Shown here piece by piece: positions 16,473 to 25,807 of a DNA stretch of 52,974 nucleotides; the first letter of the stretch is position 1, and each line of letters opens with the position of its first letter. The DNA comes from a virus. Taxonomy: Duplodnaviria > Caudoviricetes. The stretch is taken from positions 1 to 52,974 of IMG/VR virus record IMGVR_UViG_3300048837_000214, one strand, 5' to 3'. Under the pieces are notes generated by a model, which worked only from the letters and a program-made list of their open reading frames with translations, had not been told where the DNA came from and did no database searches. Both the position numbers and the translations under genes were made by a program.

Positions 16473-19385
16473 TTAGTCGGTCACCACCCGGAAGGTCACG
16501 GTGATCGTGAGGAACGTGGGCGTTCCAGAAACGCTGGTGGTCTTCCAACCAATCCAGTTGCCCGATGCGATTGTCGAGTCGGTCAGCGATCCGTCGTCGG
16601 CATCCTCGTCGCCATTGAAGGTGATATCGGAGTCAAGGTCGGCGCACGATGCACCCGCCGACGTACACTCCTGTAACTGCCCCACCACGTTAGTCGTGCC
16701 TTGCAGCACGCCCCTGATGGTCAGGATGGACATGCCGTAGGGAGCCTTCATGAGCAGCATGTCGTCTGCTGCCGCTGGTGCGGGGATTACGAACGAGACG
16801 TGCTGGATCGAGGGCAGCGCCCGCTTTGCCCCACCGTAGAACTGCAATTGGTCGGTGGTGGTGTCCACAGCGATCTCACCCGCAGCATCCACCGTGGGGC
16901 CTGTGCCGTTGGGGATCTGAATGCTGGTGCTGAACACAGGGTTGGTGCCAAACACTAGAGCGCCGCTGCCTGTCTCATCAGTCACCGCCGAAGCAAGGTT
17001 CGCACTCGACGGAGTTGCCAGCGCCGTTGCCACGCCTGTACCAAGTCCGCTCACGCCTGATGCGATGGGGAGGCCCGTGGCGTTGGTGAGCACACCCGAT
17101 GCCGGGGTGCCGAGTGCCGGGGTCACCAGCGTCGGGGATTCAGCAAAGACAAGCGCCCCGGTCCCCGTCTCGCCTGTCACAGCCGAGGCAAGGTTGGCAC
17201 TTGACGGAGTGGCAAGGAACGTCCCGACGCCCGTGCCGAGCCCGCCTATGCCGCCGACCGGAACAGCCGTAGCCGTGATGGTGCCGGAGCCCGTGGCCCC
17301 AAGCGAACCGCCTGTGCCAACGACCATTGCTGCCGAGGTGTTCGTGCCGCTGCCAATGCCGTCGAACGTGGGCGATCCTGCCGTCGCGTCAGCCGCGCAC
17401 ACCCACGCGCTTGCACCGTTGCGCTTGATGATCTGGTTCTCAGTACAACTCAGGGCCGCGATAGCAGTCAGGTCGGCGTCTGACGGCTGGTAGTCTCCGG
17501 TCACAGGAACTTGCCCCGCGCCCGTGCCGAGGGTAGCCGCCGCTGCTGTTCCCAGAGTCGGCTTGTTGGCAATCGAGGTTCCGCCGCTCCCAGAGTTCCA
17601 GTCAATGTACTGCGCCGCCAACCCTGCCGCCGTACCGCTGGCGTTGCCCGTGATGTTGCCCGTCAGTGGGCCTGCAAAACCCGTAGCGGTCAACACCCCA
17701 GTTGAGGCGTTATAAGCCAGCCCCGCGTCTGTCTTGGGTTGAAGGTTGCCAGTTGCCGAGTCGAAGATCCCAACGAAACTCGTGGAATCTGTTCCGTCCA
17801 CTACCTGCACAGTCTGAGGAACAATGGCGGCTGATCCGTCAAAGTTCACCCCGCCAATAGCACGAGCTGTCGCCAATGCCGTAGCGGTAGATGCGTTACC
17901 CGTCACCGCTCCTGTCAGCGGTCCAGCAAACCCTGTCGCCGTCAGCACTCCCGTCGAAGCGTTGTAGGTCAGCCCTGCGTCCGTCTTAGGCTGCTGGTTG
18001 CCTGTTGCCGCGTCGAACATGGCGATGTAGGAGGAGGCGTCCGTGCTGTCAACGGTCTGAATGGTTTGGGGGACAATCGCCGCCGTGCCATTGAAATCTA
18101 CCCCGCCGATTGCACGGGCGGTTGCAAGTGCCGTAGCCGTGCCCGCGTTACCGCTGATGGTGGTCTGGGGATTCGCCGTCGAATGGTAGGTCACCACCGA
18201 GCCGCCATTCTCGTGCGACTTCAGCAGCGAGTCGGCGCTGTCGAAGTAGACGCTATGCTCTCCCGCCGATGCGCCTGCGCCAGGCGCTGTTCCCTCCAAC
18301 AGCGTGACCACACCCGTCCCACTACCGGATACGGCCAGCAGCGTCCCGCTGGTCGGCAGTGTGAGGCTTGTTGCCCCAGTTGCGGTCAGTGTGACCGAAT
18401 AGGCCCCGGAGGTCGTCAGGCTTCCACCGCTTGCCGCCGTCGCCACGTTGGGCTTGTTGGCGATGCTCGAACCACCACTCCCAGAATTCCAGTCGATGTA
18501 TTGGGCGGCGAGTCCTGCCGCTGTGCCTGTCGTGTTCTGATTCAGCGTAGGGAAGTTGGTCAACAGCGCCGCTGAAACCGCTGGAAGTTGTGCTGAACCG
18601 TTCAACTGAACAAGGTTGCTCGCCGAGGTCCCGACCGTGTACGAGGTTCCCCATGCCGACCCCGTGGAGTTTGCAACGCCAGCGCCGGGATACGTCATGG
18701 ATCCGCCTGCGCCGATGTCCGAGGCAGAGGCCACGACGTTACCCGAAGCGTCGAACGCGAGTTGCTTGTTGACGGTCTTGGTGCCGCTGACCGTGGCAAA
18801 TTCTGTGGTGTTGCCGGATCTCGATCCGATGTCGGCTGTCCCGTTGAAGCTCACCCCAAAGATGCTTCGCGCCGTAGCAAGCGCTGTAGCTGTTGCCGCA
18901 TTCCCCGTCGTGCTTTGGTTGAGCGTCGGGAAGTTTGTGAGTAGCGCCGCGCTGACCGCTGGAAGTTGCGAACTCGCGTTGAGTTGCACGAGGTTGCTTG
19001 CCCCGGTCCCGACCGTGTAAGACGTACCCCAGGCTGAACCCGTGGAGTTCGCCACTCCCGCACCCGGCCAACTCAGACTGGCCCATCCCACAACCCCCGA
19101 CCCGTTGGTCGCAAGGTACTGTCCCGCCGTGCCATCCGCAGACGGGACGGTCCACAGCGTCTGCTCAACTGCGCTACTTGCGCCGAAGCGCAGCAAGCGC
19201 CCTTCGGTCTTCGTCGCTGGCACAATGGACGCTACGAAATTTCTCATGTAGGCAGGAGTAATGCTGCCCGCCGCCTGTCCATCGGCGAAGTAGCCGAGCA
19301 GGGTGGATTGAGTCTGAGCCGTGCCAGTCTGTGCGTGTGCGGCAATCGAAAGAACCACCGCGAGAAGAATGAGTCTTGCCATCAT
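16473..19385 (-). CDS. secreted tail-fibre-like protein (970 aa)
   Basis: Signal peptide MMARLILLAVVLSIAAHA|Q; multiple ATALATARxIxGVxFxG fibre repeats; LATPSSANLASAVT repeats; C-terminal beta-sandwich. Confidence 0.78.
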   Translation of the reverse strand: MMARLILLAVVLSIAAHAQTGTAQTQSTLLGYFADGQAAGSITPAYMRNFVASIVPATKTEGRLLRFGASSAVEQTLWTVPSADGTAGQYLATNGSGVVGWASLSWPGAGVANSTGSAWGTSYTVGTGASNLVQLNASSQLPAVSAALLTNFPTLNQSTTGNAATATALATARSIFGVSFNGTADIGSRSGNTTEFATVSGTKTVNKQLAFDASGNVVASASDIGAGGSMTYPGAGVANSTGSAWGTSYTVGTSASNLVQLNGSAQLPAVSAALLTNFPTLNQNTTGTAAGLAAQYIDWNSGSGGSSIANKPNVATAASGGSLTTSGAYSVTLTATGATSLTLPTSGTLLAVSGSGTGVVTLLEGTAPGAGASAGEHSVYFDSADSLLKSHENGGSVVTYHSTANPQTTISGNAGTATALATARAIGGVDFNGTAAIVPQTIQTVDSTDASSYIAMFDAATGNQQPKTDAGLTYNASTGVLTATGFAGPLTGAVTGNASTATALATARAIGGVNFDGSAAIVPQTVQVVDGTDSTSFVGIFDSATGNLQPKTDAGLAYNASTGVLTATGFAGPLTGNITGNASGTAAGLAAQYIDWNSGSGGTSIANKPTLGTAAAATLGTGAGQVPVTGDYQPSDADLTAIAALSCTENQIIKRNGASAWVCAADATAGSPTFDGIGSGTNTSAAMVVGTGGSLGATGSGTITATAVPVGGIGGLGTGVGTFLATPSSANLASAVTGETGTGALVFAESPTLVTPALGTPASGVLTNATGLPIASGVSGLGTGVATALATPSSANLASAVTDETGSGALVFGTNPVFSTSIQIPNGTGPTVDAAGEIAVDTTTDQLQFYGGAKRALPSIQHVSFVIPAPAAADDMLLMKAPYGMSILTIRGVLQGTTNVVGQLQECTSAGASCADLDSDITFNGDEDADDGSLTDSTIASGNWIGWKTTSVSGTPTFLTITVTFRVVTD

Positions 19386-19386
19386 G

Positions 19387-22300
19387 CTAATTACTCCCTA
19401 TTCCGAAATCAGAACTGAATGCCGCATCCCACGGATTAGCGGGGGTTCCGACGGTTACGGTTCCGGCGACACGCGCGGTCCCGCAGGTGATTCGATAATG
19501 GTTTGTCCCGGTGTTAAGTCCGGTCGCCGAAAACGTCTGATAGCGGGCCTTCGTCGCGTCGGCCGCGGAGTCCGGGGCATCACTGGAACTCGCCGGCGCC
19601 GTGGCCCCGATGTACACTTTGCAGACCGTCGCGGGAGGTGCAATCCACGACAGCGAAGCCGCACCAGCGCCACCCGTCGCCGTCACAGATCGGATCACCT
19701 CGTAAGGTGCCGTCGCCCACTGTGGATTGCCGACCTTCGCGTTCTGGTACGGCAACGCGCCCATGAATTGATCGCGGGCACGCTTGGGCGAATACGTTCC
19801 GACCTGAGTCCGTGCGGCCATCAGGTTCAACGCCGCGCCAGTGACCACCGGGTAGCCGCCCACGGGATCAGACGCCCAACCAACCATGAATCCCGGCAGC
19901 ATCGTGACGGTTGCACCAGCGGTGTGAGCCGCCGCTGTCGATCCCCAGACGCCACGGGCGGAGATAGTGAACCGAGCCTTGCCGCTGGACGGCGTAGAGA
20001 GTGCGGGGCTCCCCGTGAGCCGCACATACTCGTCGTCGATCTTGGCCCAGGCGATGTTGAAGTAGGAGTCCCCGCCGTCCTTCCAGTCCAGACCCGCCAC
20101 CACGTCGATGGTGGTCTGAGAGTCGTTCATGTCGGCATCGAGGGGCCATGAAACGATGGCCGAACTCGCGCATTCATCGAACGTCTCGCATCGCAGTTTG
20201 TCCCCCGGCCCCACCCCGATGTCGATAATCCTGAACTGCATCATGCTGTTGACGCTCGACAGCACGCGCCCCGCGTAGTGCGCCGCCATCGAGTTCGAGA
20301 CGTGGTGGAACAAAGGCAGATCGTCCGGTCCCTCGAACGTGCCGCTTTCAGCAATCCATGCCCAGACGTTGGCGACGTAGCTCATCATGTAGGACGGCGT
20401 GCGGCGGTGGCCGTCTACAAAGCCGTCGTTCGAGGTCTGCGGCGAGGCGTGGTAGGGGACAAATGCCGGGTTCGTCTCAGGGATCACGCCGCTGTTGATC
20501 AGCCCCATGGTGTCGCGCCCCGCGCACCACATGTCAGCGGTCAGGGCGGTCGAAGTGCTTGTGGGACGGGTCCAAGACGCACAGGTCGGATCAACGGGCG
20601 CGTGCGCTCCGTCAAACACCAGCATCGCGCCCTCGAAGAACTCCGCGTTGTTCTGGAGGCGGTTTTGGAAGTAGGCCCGCTCCACCGTGCTGTCAGGTGA
20701 CACCAGCGCGGCCAGCCAGATGTTGCGCTGCGTCCAGGCGATTGCTCGCGGCGCGTATGGCTGGTAGATGATGCCGCGCCCGTGCATCCTGGTCGTGATG
20801 GTCCCCGACTCGTTCACTCCCGTCGTAGTAGTCGCCATGCCGAACGCGCCTTCCATCTGTGCCCCGACGAGGTAGTAGTGGTAGCCCGTCAGCAGGTACG
20901 GGATGGCGTAGAAACTTGGCGCGTGGGTCGTGTAGTCGGTCAGGCCCTCGGCAGTCCAATTGTTCTTATAGGTTGAGGATGTGGCGTTGATTCGCCCGTC
21001 ACAGGGAGACGAGGCGCAAACGTGGGTGGCAGGGGTGACCAGCCCCTCTTCGCTGCTCCCGTACAGCGGCCACCAGCCACGGGTCTCATCCAAACTCACA
21101 ACGCGCCCAAGCGTCGAATCCTCGCCCGCTGCCGGGTAGAACGTCCCGGTCGTGGTCATCATGTAGTGGACCGGCGCGTTGCCGGCAGCGTCGGCGTTGC
21201 CGATGACCAACCTGTCCCATACGTCTTTTTTCTTTGCCACCGTCGCGGTCCCGTGGCCCATCAGGTAGAGGTACTCGAGATACCAGCGCGGGATCAGTGC
21301 AATGTCGCCCCGCGCTCCGGTCCCCCCGACGCCCTTCTGCCAGGACGCGCAATGGGAGGTCGATGTCTCGCACCATTGGGCCTCATCGCTGCCAAGCCGG
21401 GAGGCGTAGGATGACAGGTCGGAATCCGCCAGCGTCGATGCCACGGGCAGCCGATAGTCGTAGGACGGGATGACCCGCGTGTGGATGAGGTAGCGGAAGT
21501 TGTAATCTGTGACGATGGCTCCCGGCGCGGTCCCACTCCAGACGAGTTTGTGTCTGCGGGAACGGGCGTGGAAGGTCTTATCGCTCACTGTGTAGGCCGT
21601 TGTCGCCTCGCTTGCCCCCGTCTTAAGCGTCAGCGTCAGTCCCGTGATCTGCTGGAACCTGTGCATCGAGGCGTTCGAGATTTGGGCGTCAATCTCCACA
21701 CCCGCATACGACGGGTAGAACCGCGCCTCGAAAACGGGGTGCAAGGACTTGTACTTGTCCTCAGAGGGTGCCCCCCACGCGCCGCCGCTGTACTGCCAGC
21801 CGAAGTCGTAGGTGAGCGCCGTGGAACGGTCCTCGATGATGACGCCTGACACCACTGGCCCCCGCAGCCACCAGCGCCACGCCCCCGCGTCCAACATGGT
21901 GCGGGCAGAGGCCGAATACTCCACCGAGTTCACTGTCCCGTACCAAGTGGCGGACCATGACCCTGTGCCACCGCCCGTGTCGAAGTCGAGCATCTGCTGT
22001 TGAGTCAGCGCCGCTGCCTCGCACGTTGCGAGGTTCCCCAAGTGGCAAGGGTCGGAAGATGCTACGAAGTCCACGACTGCCGAGCCGTTTGCCGAGAGGT
22101 CCAACCGGAACGAGACGATGGCCTGTTGAATGGAGCCATCCGGCCAACTCGTCTTCACGTCCACTTGCCACGCATCCGGTACGGTCCCGCCGATGCGCGG
22201 TTTCGGGTACGTCCCCGTGGCGAACTCGCCCTGTGCGAAGAACCTCATCAAACTCATGGGCCGAGCGGTCTGTCCGGACCCGGACGCCTCGTGGATCGTG

Positions 22301-23409
22301 ACGCTATTGCTCAGGCCCGTGGATGGTTCCGGCTCTCCGCCGCCGCTATTCTCTACTTCGTCCCCAACCGCGTAGAAGGTTGATGGGTCGTTCTGGCTGT
22401 TATACGATGCCGTCACATACGACGAGGACCGCACGGCGTTCGACATTCTCATCTCGTCGATGTCCCCGGCCATTGCGCGAGCGTTGTCCGACAGCCTGTT
22501 CCCGATCAGAAGGGTTGCGGACCCAGTTGATATAGCACTCGCTGGAGCCGCCACTTCAGTTACACTTTGGCTCACGCCATCGAAGTAGATGACGGGATCG
22601 TTTGCCGTGCTGGACCCGTCGTGAGCGACGACGACATGGACCCACTGCCCGGTCGAGGGAAGTCCCGTTTTCCATGCGGCCAAACCGCCGCCGCTGTTCT
22701 CGACCTGGTAATAGAAGGTGTTGGTGGTGTCCATCAATACCTGGTCTTTTAGTTCTCCGTGCTGGAACCAGCGCCGGGAGGTGCTGTCCACGGAATCGAC
22801 GTAAAGCCACGCCTCCCATGTCTTCGCAGCGGAGGCCGTCAGTGCCGACACAGAGATGCGATTCGTTGACGTGGAACCCGCGAACGAAGCTGCGCCATCA
22901 ACCTTGCCGGATGCCGCCACTGCGCCAGTAATCGAACCGTCCTTGTTGTTGACGGTGGAGTCTTCAGCCGCCAGCGTTGTCCCATTGGGGAGGTGCCACA
23001 CCCCCTTGTAACTGGAGTCCCACACGTTCGTCGGATCGGCCTGAGTAGTCGAGACGCTAGCGTCCCCGTATGCGATGTAGATGATGGTATTGGCGGTGTG
23101 GGAGACGGACGGCACTTTGACCCACATCTCAACCGCGCCCGTCGCGGCGTCCCACGAGACAACCTCGTGTTTCAGTTGGGTCGATAGGGCCTCGTCGCTA
23201 TAGAACGCAATGTCATAGCCGCTGGCACTCTCGACCCTGCCGCCGTTGGCGACGGTGGCAAGCCACGAATACGTCCCACTGAACAACACGGGGAAGTCCG
23301 TCAGCGTTGCGGTCCCTGCCTTCGTGTAGTCGATGGTCAGGGTCCGCTTGTACCCGTAGGCTCCCCACGCGGGCAGGGCCAACAGAAGCAGAATCAGGAG
23401 CCGCGTCAT
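19387..23409 (-). CDS. secreted multidomain glycan-binding/lyase-like protein (DUF2341 + LamG + YetA/PcRGLX-like region)
   Basis: Signal peptide MTRLLILLLLALPAWG; YKR.LTID...DFPVL...DI.F...WVKVP (DUF2341); GQWVHVVV...IYFDG...GDIDEMRMS (LamG); FAQGE...QVDVKTSWPDGS..A (RIFT-barrel-like). Confidence 0.72.
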   Translation of the reverse strand: MTRLLILLLLALPAWGAYGYKRTLTIDYTKAGTATLTDFPVLFSGTYSWLATVANGGRVESASGYDIAFYSDEALSTQLKHEVVSWDAATGAVEMWVKVPSVSHTANTIIYIAYGDASVSTTQADPTNVWDSSYKGVWHLPNGTTLAAEDSTVNNKDGSITGAVAASGKVDGAASFAGSTSTNRISVSALTASAAKTWEAWLYVDSVDSTSRRWFQHGELKDQVLMDTTNTFYYQVENSGGGLAAWKTGLPSTGQWVHVVVAHDGSSTANDPVIYFDGVSQSVTEVAAPASAISTGSATLLIGNRLSDNARAMAGDIDEMRMSNAVRSSSYVTASYNSQNDPSTFYAVGDEVENSGGGEPEPSTGLSNSVTIHEASGSGQTARPMSLMRFFAQGEFATGTYPKPRIGGTVPDAWQVDVKTSWPDGSIQQAIVSFRLDLSANGSAVVDFVASSDPCHLGNLATCEAAALTQQQMLDFDTGGGTGSWSATWYGTVNSVEYSASARTMLDAGAWRWWLRGPVVSGVIIEDRSTALTYDFGWQYSGGAWGAPSEDKYKSLHPVFEARFYPSYAGVEIDAQISNASMHRFQQITGLTLTLKTGASEATTAYTVSDKTFHARSRRHKLVWSGTAPGAIVTDYNFRYLIHTRVIPSYDYRLPVASTLADSDLSSYASRLGSDEAQWCETSTSHCASWQKGVGGTGARGDIALIPRWYLEYLYLMGHGTATVAKKKDVWDRLVIGNADAAGNAPVHYMMTTTGTFYPAAGEDSTLGRVVSLDETRGWWPLYGSSEEGLVTPATHVCASSPCDGRINATSSTYKNNWTAEGLTDYTTHAPSFYAIPYLLTGYHYYLVGAQMEGAFGMATTTTGVNESGTITTRMHGRGIIYQPYAPRAIAWTQRNIWLAALVSPDSTVERAYFQNRLQNNAEFFEGAMLVFDGAHAPVDPTCASWTRPTSTSTALTADMWCAGRDTMGLINSGVIPETNPAFVPYHASPQTSNDGFVDGHRRTPSYMMSYVANVWAWIAESGTFEGPDDLPLFHHVSNSMAAHYAGRVLSSVNSMMQFRIIDIGVGPGDKLRCETFDECASSAIVSWPLDADMNDSQTTIDVVAGLDWKDGGDSYFNIAWAKIDDEYVRLTGSPALSTPSSGKARFTISARGVWGSTAAAHTAGATVTMLPGFMVGWASDPVGGYPVVTGAALNLMAARTQVGTYSPKRARDQFMGALPYQNAKVGNPQWATAPYEVIRSVTATGGAGAASLSWIAPPATVCKVYIGATAPASSSDAPDSAADATKARYQTFSATGLNTGTNHYRITCGTARVAGTVTVGTPANPWDAAFSSDFGIGSN

Positions 23410-23410
23410 G

Positions 23411-25075
23411 CTATTCCAAGACCTCCAAGCGGGTCACCGTGTAGGTGCCGTCCAAGTCCGCTGAGACAGCGGCGTTGCCCACATTGCAGAGCGTCACGAC
23501 CGCCAGATCCGTCCCCGGCGTCACCTTCGCTATGACCGTGGCCGGGAGAGCCGATGGCACCCCCAGGATCAGCCTTGCGCCGCTGACAACACCCGTGAAG
23601 GAGATGTTCTTCGCCACGCAGTTCCCCGCGCTGCCCACCGCCGCCAGCGTCCCCCAGGACGAAAGCGTGGCAGTGTTCTCCGACCCCAGGACGTTCGCTA
23701 GAGAGCTTCCCCCAGTGCCCGCCCCGATGTCTGTGGTGGACGCTACGATATTGCCGCTGGCGTCGAACTTCAACTGCTTATCAACAGTCTTTGTCCCGCT
23801 GACTGTCGCCATCTCTGACGTGTTGCCAGACCGGGAGCCGATGTTGGCTGAGCCGTCGAAACTCACGCCAAAGATCGTGCGGGCCGTGGCGAGGGTCGAG
23901 GCGGTGGCGGCGTTCCCGGTCGTCGATTGGTTGAGCGTGCCTACCGCAAGAACCCCGTCCGTCATCGTTAGGCCGCTCCCCACTTTCACGCCACCGAGGA
24001 CGGAATCTGTTGCCGTGGGCAGGCTATACGCGGCGGGCTTGTTCGCTATGGATGTGCCGCCACTGGAGGCGTTCCAGTCGATGTACTGTGCAGCCAAGCC
24101 AGCCGCTGTCCCCGTGGTGTTCTGATTGAGAGTCCCCACTGCCAGCACGCCGTCCGTGATGCCGAGGCCGGATCCGACCTTAACGCCGCCAAGGGTATCT
24201 GCCGAGGCCGTTGGTAGGCTGTAGGCTGCCGGCTTATTGGCGATTGAACTGCCCCCGCTCGATGCGTTCCAGTCGATGTACTGGGAGGTCAAGCCAGCGG
24301 CGGTCCCCGTCGTGCTCTGGTTAAGAGTCGGGAAATTCGTGAGGTTGGCGGCGCTCACGGCGGGCAGTTGCCCAGATTCGTTGAGTTGCACGAGGTTGTT
24401 TGCCGACGTGCCCACAACGTAGGACGTGCCCCACGCGGAGCCCGCGGAATTAGGGACGCCTGCGCCGGGGTAGCCTGCCTTCGCCCCAAGCGCGGTCGTG
24501 AGGTCCGTCACTTGAGACTGCGCAATAGTGATGGGGTCCGATCCTGCCGCCGCGTGAGTCGAGGCGTGCGGGCCGACTTCCGCGGTGATGGTCCCGGCCA
24601 CCCAGTTGTCGCCATTGAAAACCAGCCCCTGCCCGGTCGTGGCGCCGGCGGCCGAGATTTGGGACGGCGAGATCATCACGGTCGCAGCGGAAGGGATCGC
24701 GGCCCGCAATGCGCTGAGCGATACCGGCGTGGCCGAAACTGGGACCACGAGAGTCTCAATCATCGTGAATCTGCTGGCAACCCATCGGGCCGTGTAGTAG
24801 GTCGCGGGCTCGCCTTCAGAGTCCACCGGCAGGCACGAAGCATTCGGCACCAGCGCGGTCGAAAGCACGCCCTTGGTGACCGTCACAGATACCGGCTGCG
24901 GGAGATAGGCGTTGTCGCCGCACGTCATGTTGTGCGACGGGATGAACGTCACAGTGCCCGTGAAGAGCGTGTTGTTCACGGGCGTGCGAATGATATCGGA
25001 GATGGCCGTGGCGGTCGTCTGGCCGTTGGCGGCGAACAGGCCACCGACACAAAGCAGGATCAGTAGGTATTTCAT
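23411..25075 (-). CDS. secreted tail-fibre-like protein (554 aa)
   Basis: Signal peptide MKYLLILLCVGGLFA; stf-N-like VTVTKGVLSTALVPN domain; HASTH...VTDLTTAL, LPTA...LGGVKVGSGL and LATARTIFGVSFDG fibre repeats. Confidence 0.78.
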   Translation of the reverse strand: MKYLLILLCVGGLFAANGQTTATAISDIIRTPVNNTLFTGTVTFIPSHNMTCGDNAYLPQPVSVTVTKGVLSTALVPNASCLPVDSEGEPATYYTARWVASRFTMIETLVVPVSATPVSLSALRAAIPSAATVMISPSQISAAGATTGQGLVFNGDNWVAGTITAEVGPHASTHAAAGSDPITIAQSQVTDLTTALGAKAGYPGAGVPNSAGSAWGTSYVVGTSANNLVQLNESGQLPAVSAANLTNFPTLNQSTTGTAAGLTSQYIDWNASSGGSSIANKPAAYSLPTASADTLGGVKVGSGLGITDGVLAVGTLNQNTTGTAAGLAAQYIDWNASSGGTSIANKPAAYSLPTATDSVLGGVKVGSGLTMTDGVLAVGTLNQSTTGNAATASTLATARTIFGVSFDGSANIGSRSGNTSEMATVSGTKTVDKQLKFDASGNIVASTTDIGAGTGGSSLANVLGSENTATLSSWGTLAAVGSAGNCVAKNISFTGVVSGARLILGVPSALPATVIAKVTPGTDLAVVTLCNVGNAAVSADLDGTYTVTRLEVLE

Positions 25076-25806
25076 ATAGCCACCCCTTCCGCCATCTGCC
25101 GCCACCGCGTCAGGTACTCGACGCTGGCCTTGTAGCCGCTGTGCTTGTTGATCTTGTCGGAGCAGTCCAGCAGGTCCACCCCCGCGACGATCGCGCCTGG
25201 CTCCTGCGGTCCGTGGCACCCAAGCATCCGATCCCACGAGGCGAACTTGTAGGGCCAGTCCACTGGGTCATGCCGCGAGTACGCCACGAGGATGCGGTTC
25301 GCCCGGTAGAGGTACGCGCCGTACCGGGAGGATGGCTCGAGGGCGTTATCCGAGACAGCAGGGGCCGACATGATGAGGTTGCGGCAATGGAGGCCCGCCC
25401 GCAGAGCCTCCAGTGCCACCATGCCGCCCAGGGAGTGCGTCTGCACGTCGATGGATGCGACGGGCAGGTGCCGGCAGACCTCTGCGATAAGACGCCCCGC
25501 TTTCCGCGCCCGATGACGGGCGAAGGTGAACCCGATCTTACGTTCGCTCAGCGGCATAAACGCGCCGATCACCACGTCATACGGCAGCGACCCTAGATCC
25601 TCCAGGTTCTGGAGCAGCACGCTGTACGCCCCCGCCGCGGCGTCCTCTGTGTTGTTGTAGCCGTGGAGCAGGAGTAGCACGCGCTTCCCGCTGAGGCGGG
25701 CGCTGACCTGCGTGGGCGTCAACACCTGCCCCATCGTTGTCCGCCAGTGCGGGGACGCGGCGAACCAGACCCGAGAACCATCGCGGCAGAGGTCGAGGTA
25801 CAGCAT
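25072..25806 (-). CDS. alpha/beta hydrolase (DUF900-like esterase/lipase)
   Basis: LLHGYN oxyanion motif, THSLG nucleophile elbow, S..D and H..Y acid/His candidates. Confidence 0.82.
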   Translation of the reverse strand: MLYLDLCRDGSRVWFAASPHWRTTMGQVLTPTQVSARLSGKRVLLLLHGYNNTEDAAAGAYSVLLQNLEDLGSLPYDVVIGAFMPLSERKIGFTFARHRARKAGRLIAEVCRHLPVASIDVQTHSLGGMVALEALRAGLHCRNLIMSAPAVSDNALEPSSRYGAYLYRANRILVAYSRHDPVDWPYKFASWDRMLGCHGPQEPGAIVAGVDLLDCSDKINKHSGYKASVEYLTRWRQMAEGVAI

Positions 25807-25807
25807 T

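Noticed and set aside
16473-25075. Diversity-generating retroelement or invertible shufflon behind the fibre repeats
   Set aside because: No reverse transcriptase or invertase was seen. Repeat copies are direct, in frame, and differ mostly at synonymous sites rather than specifically at adenines.
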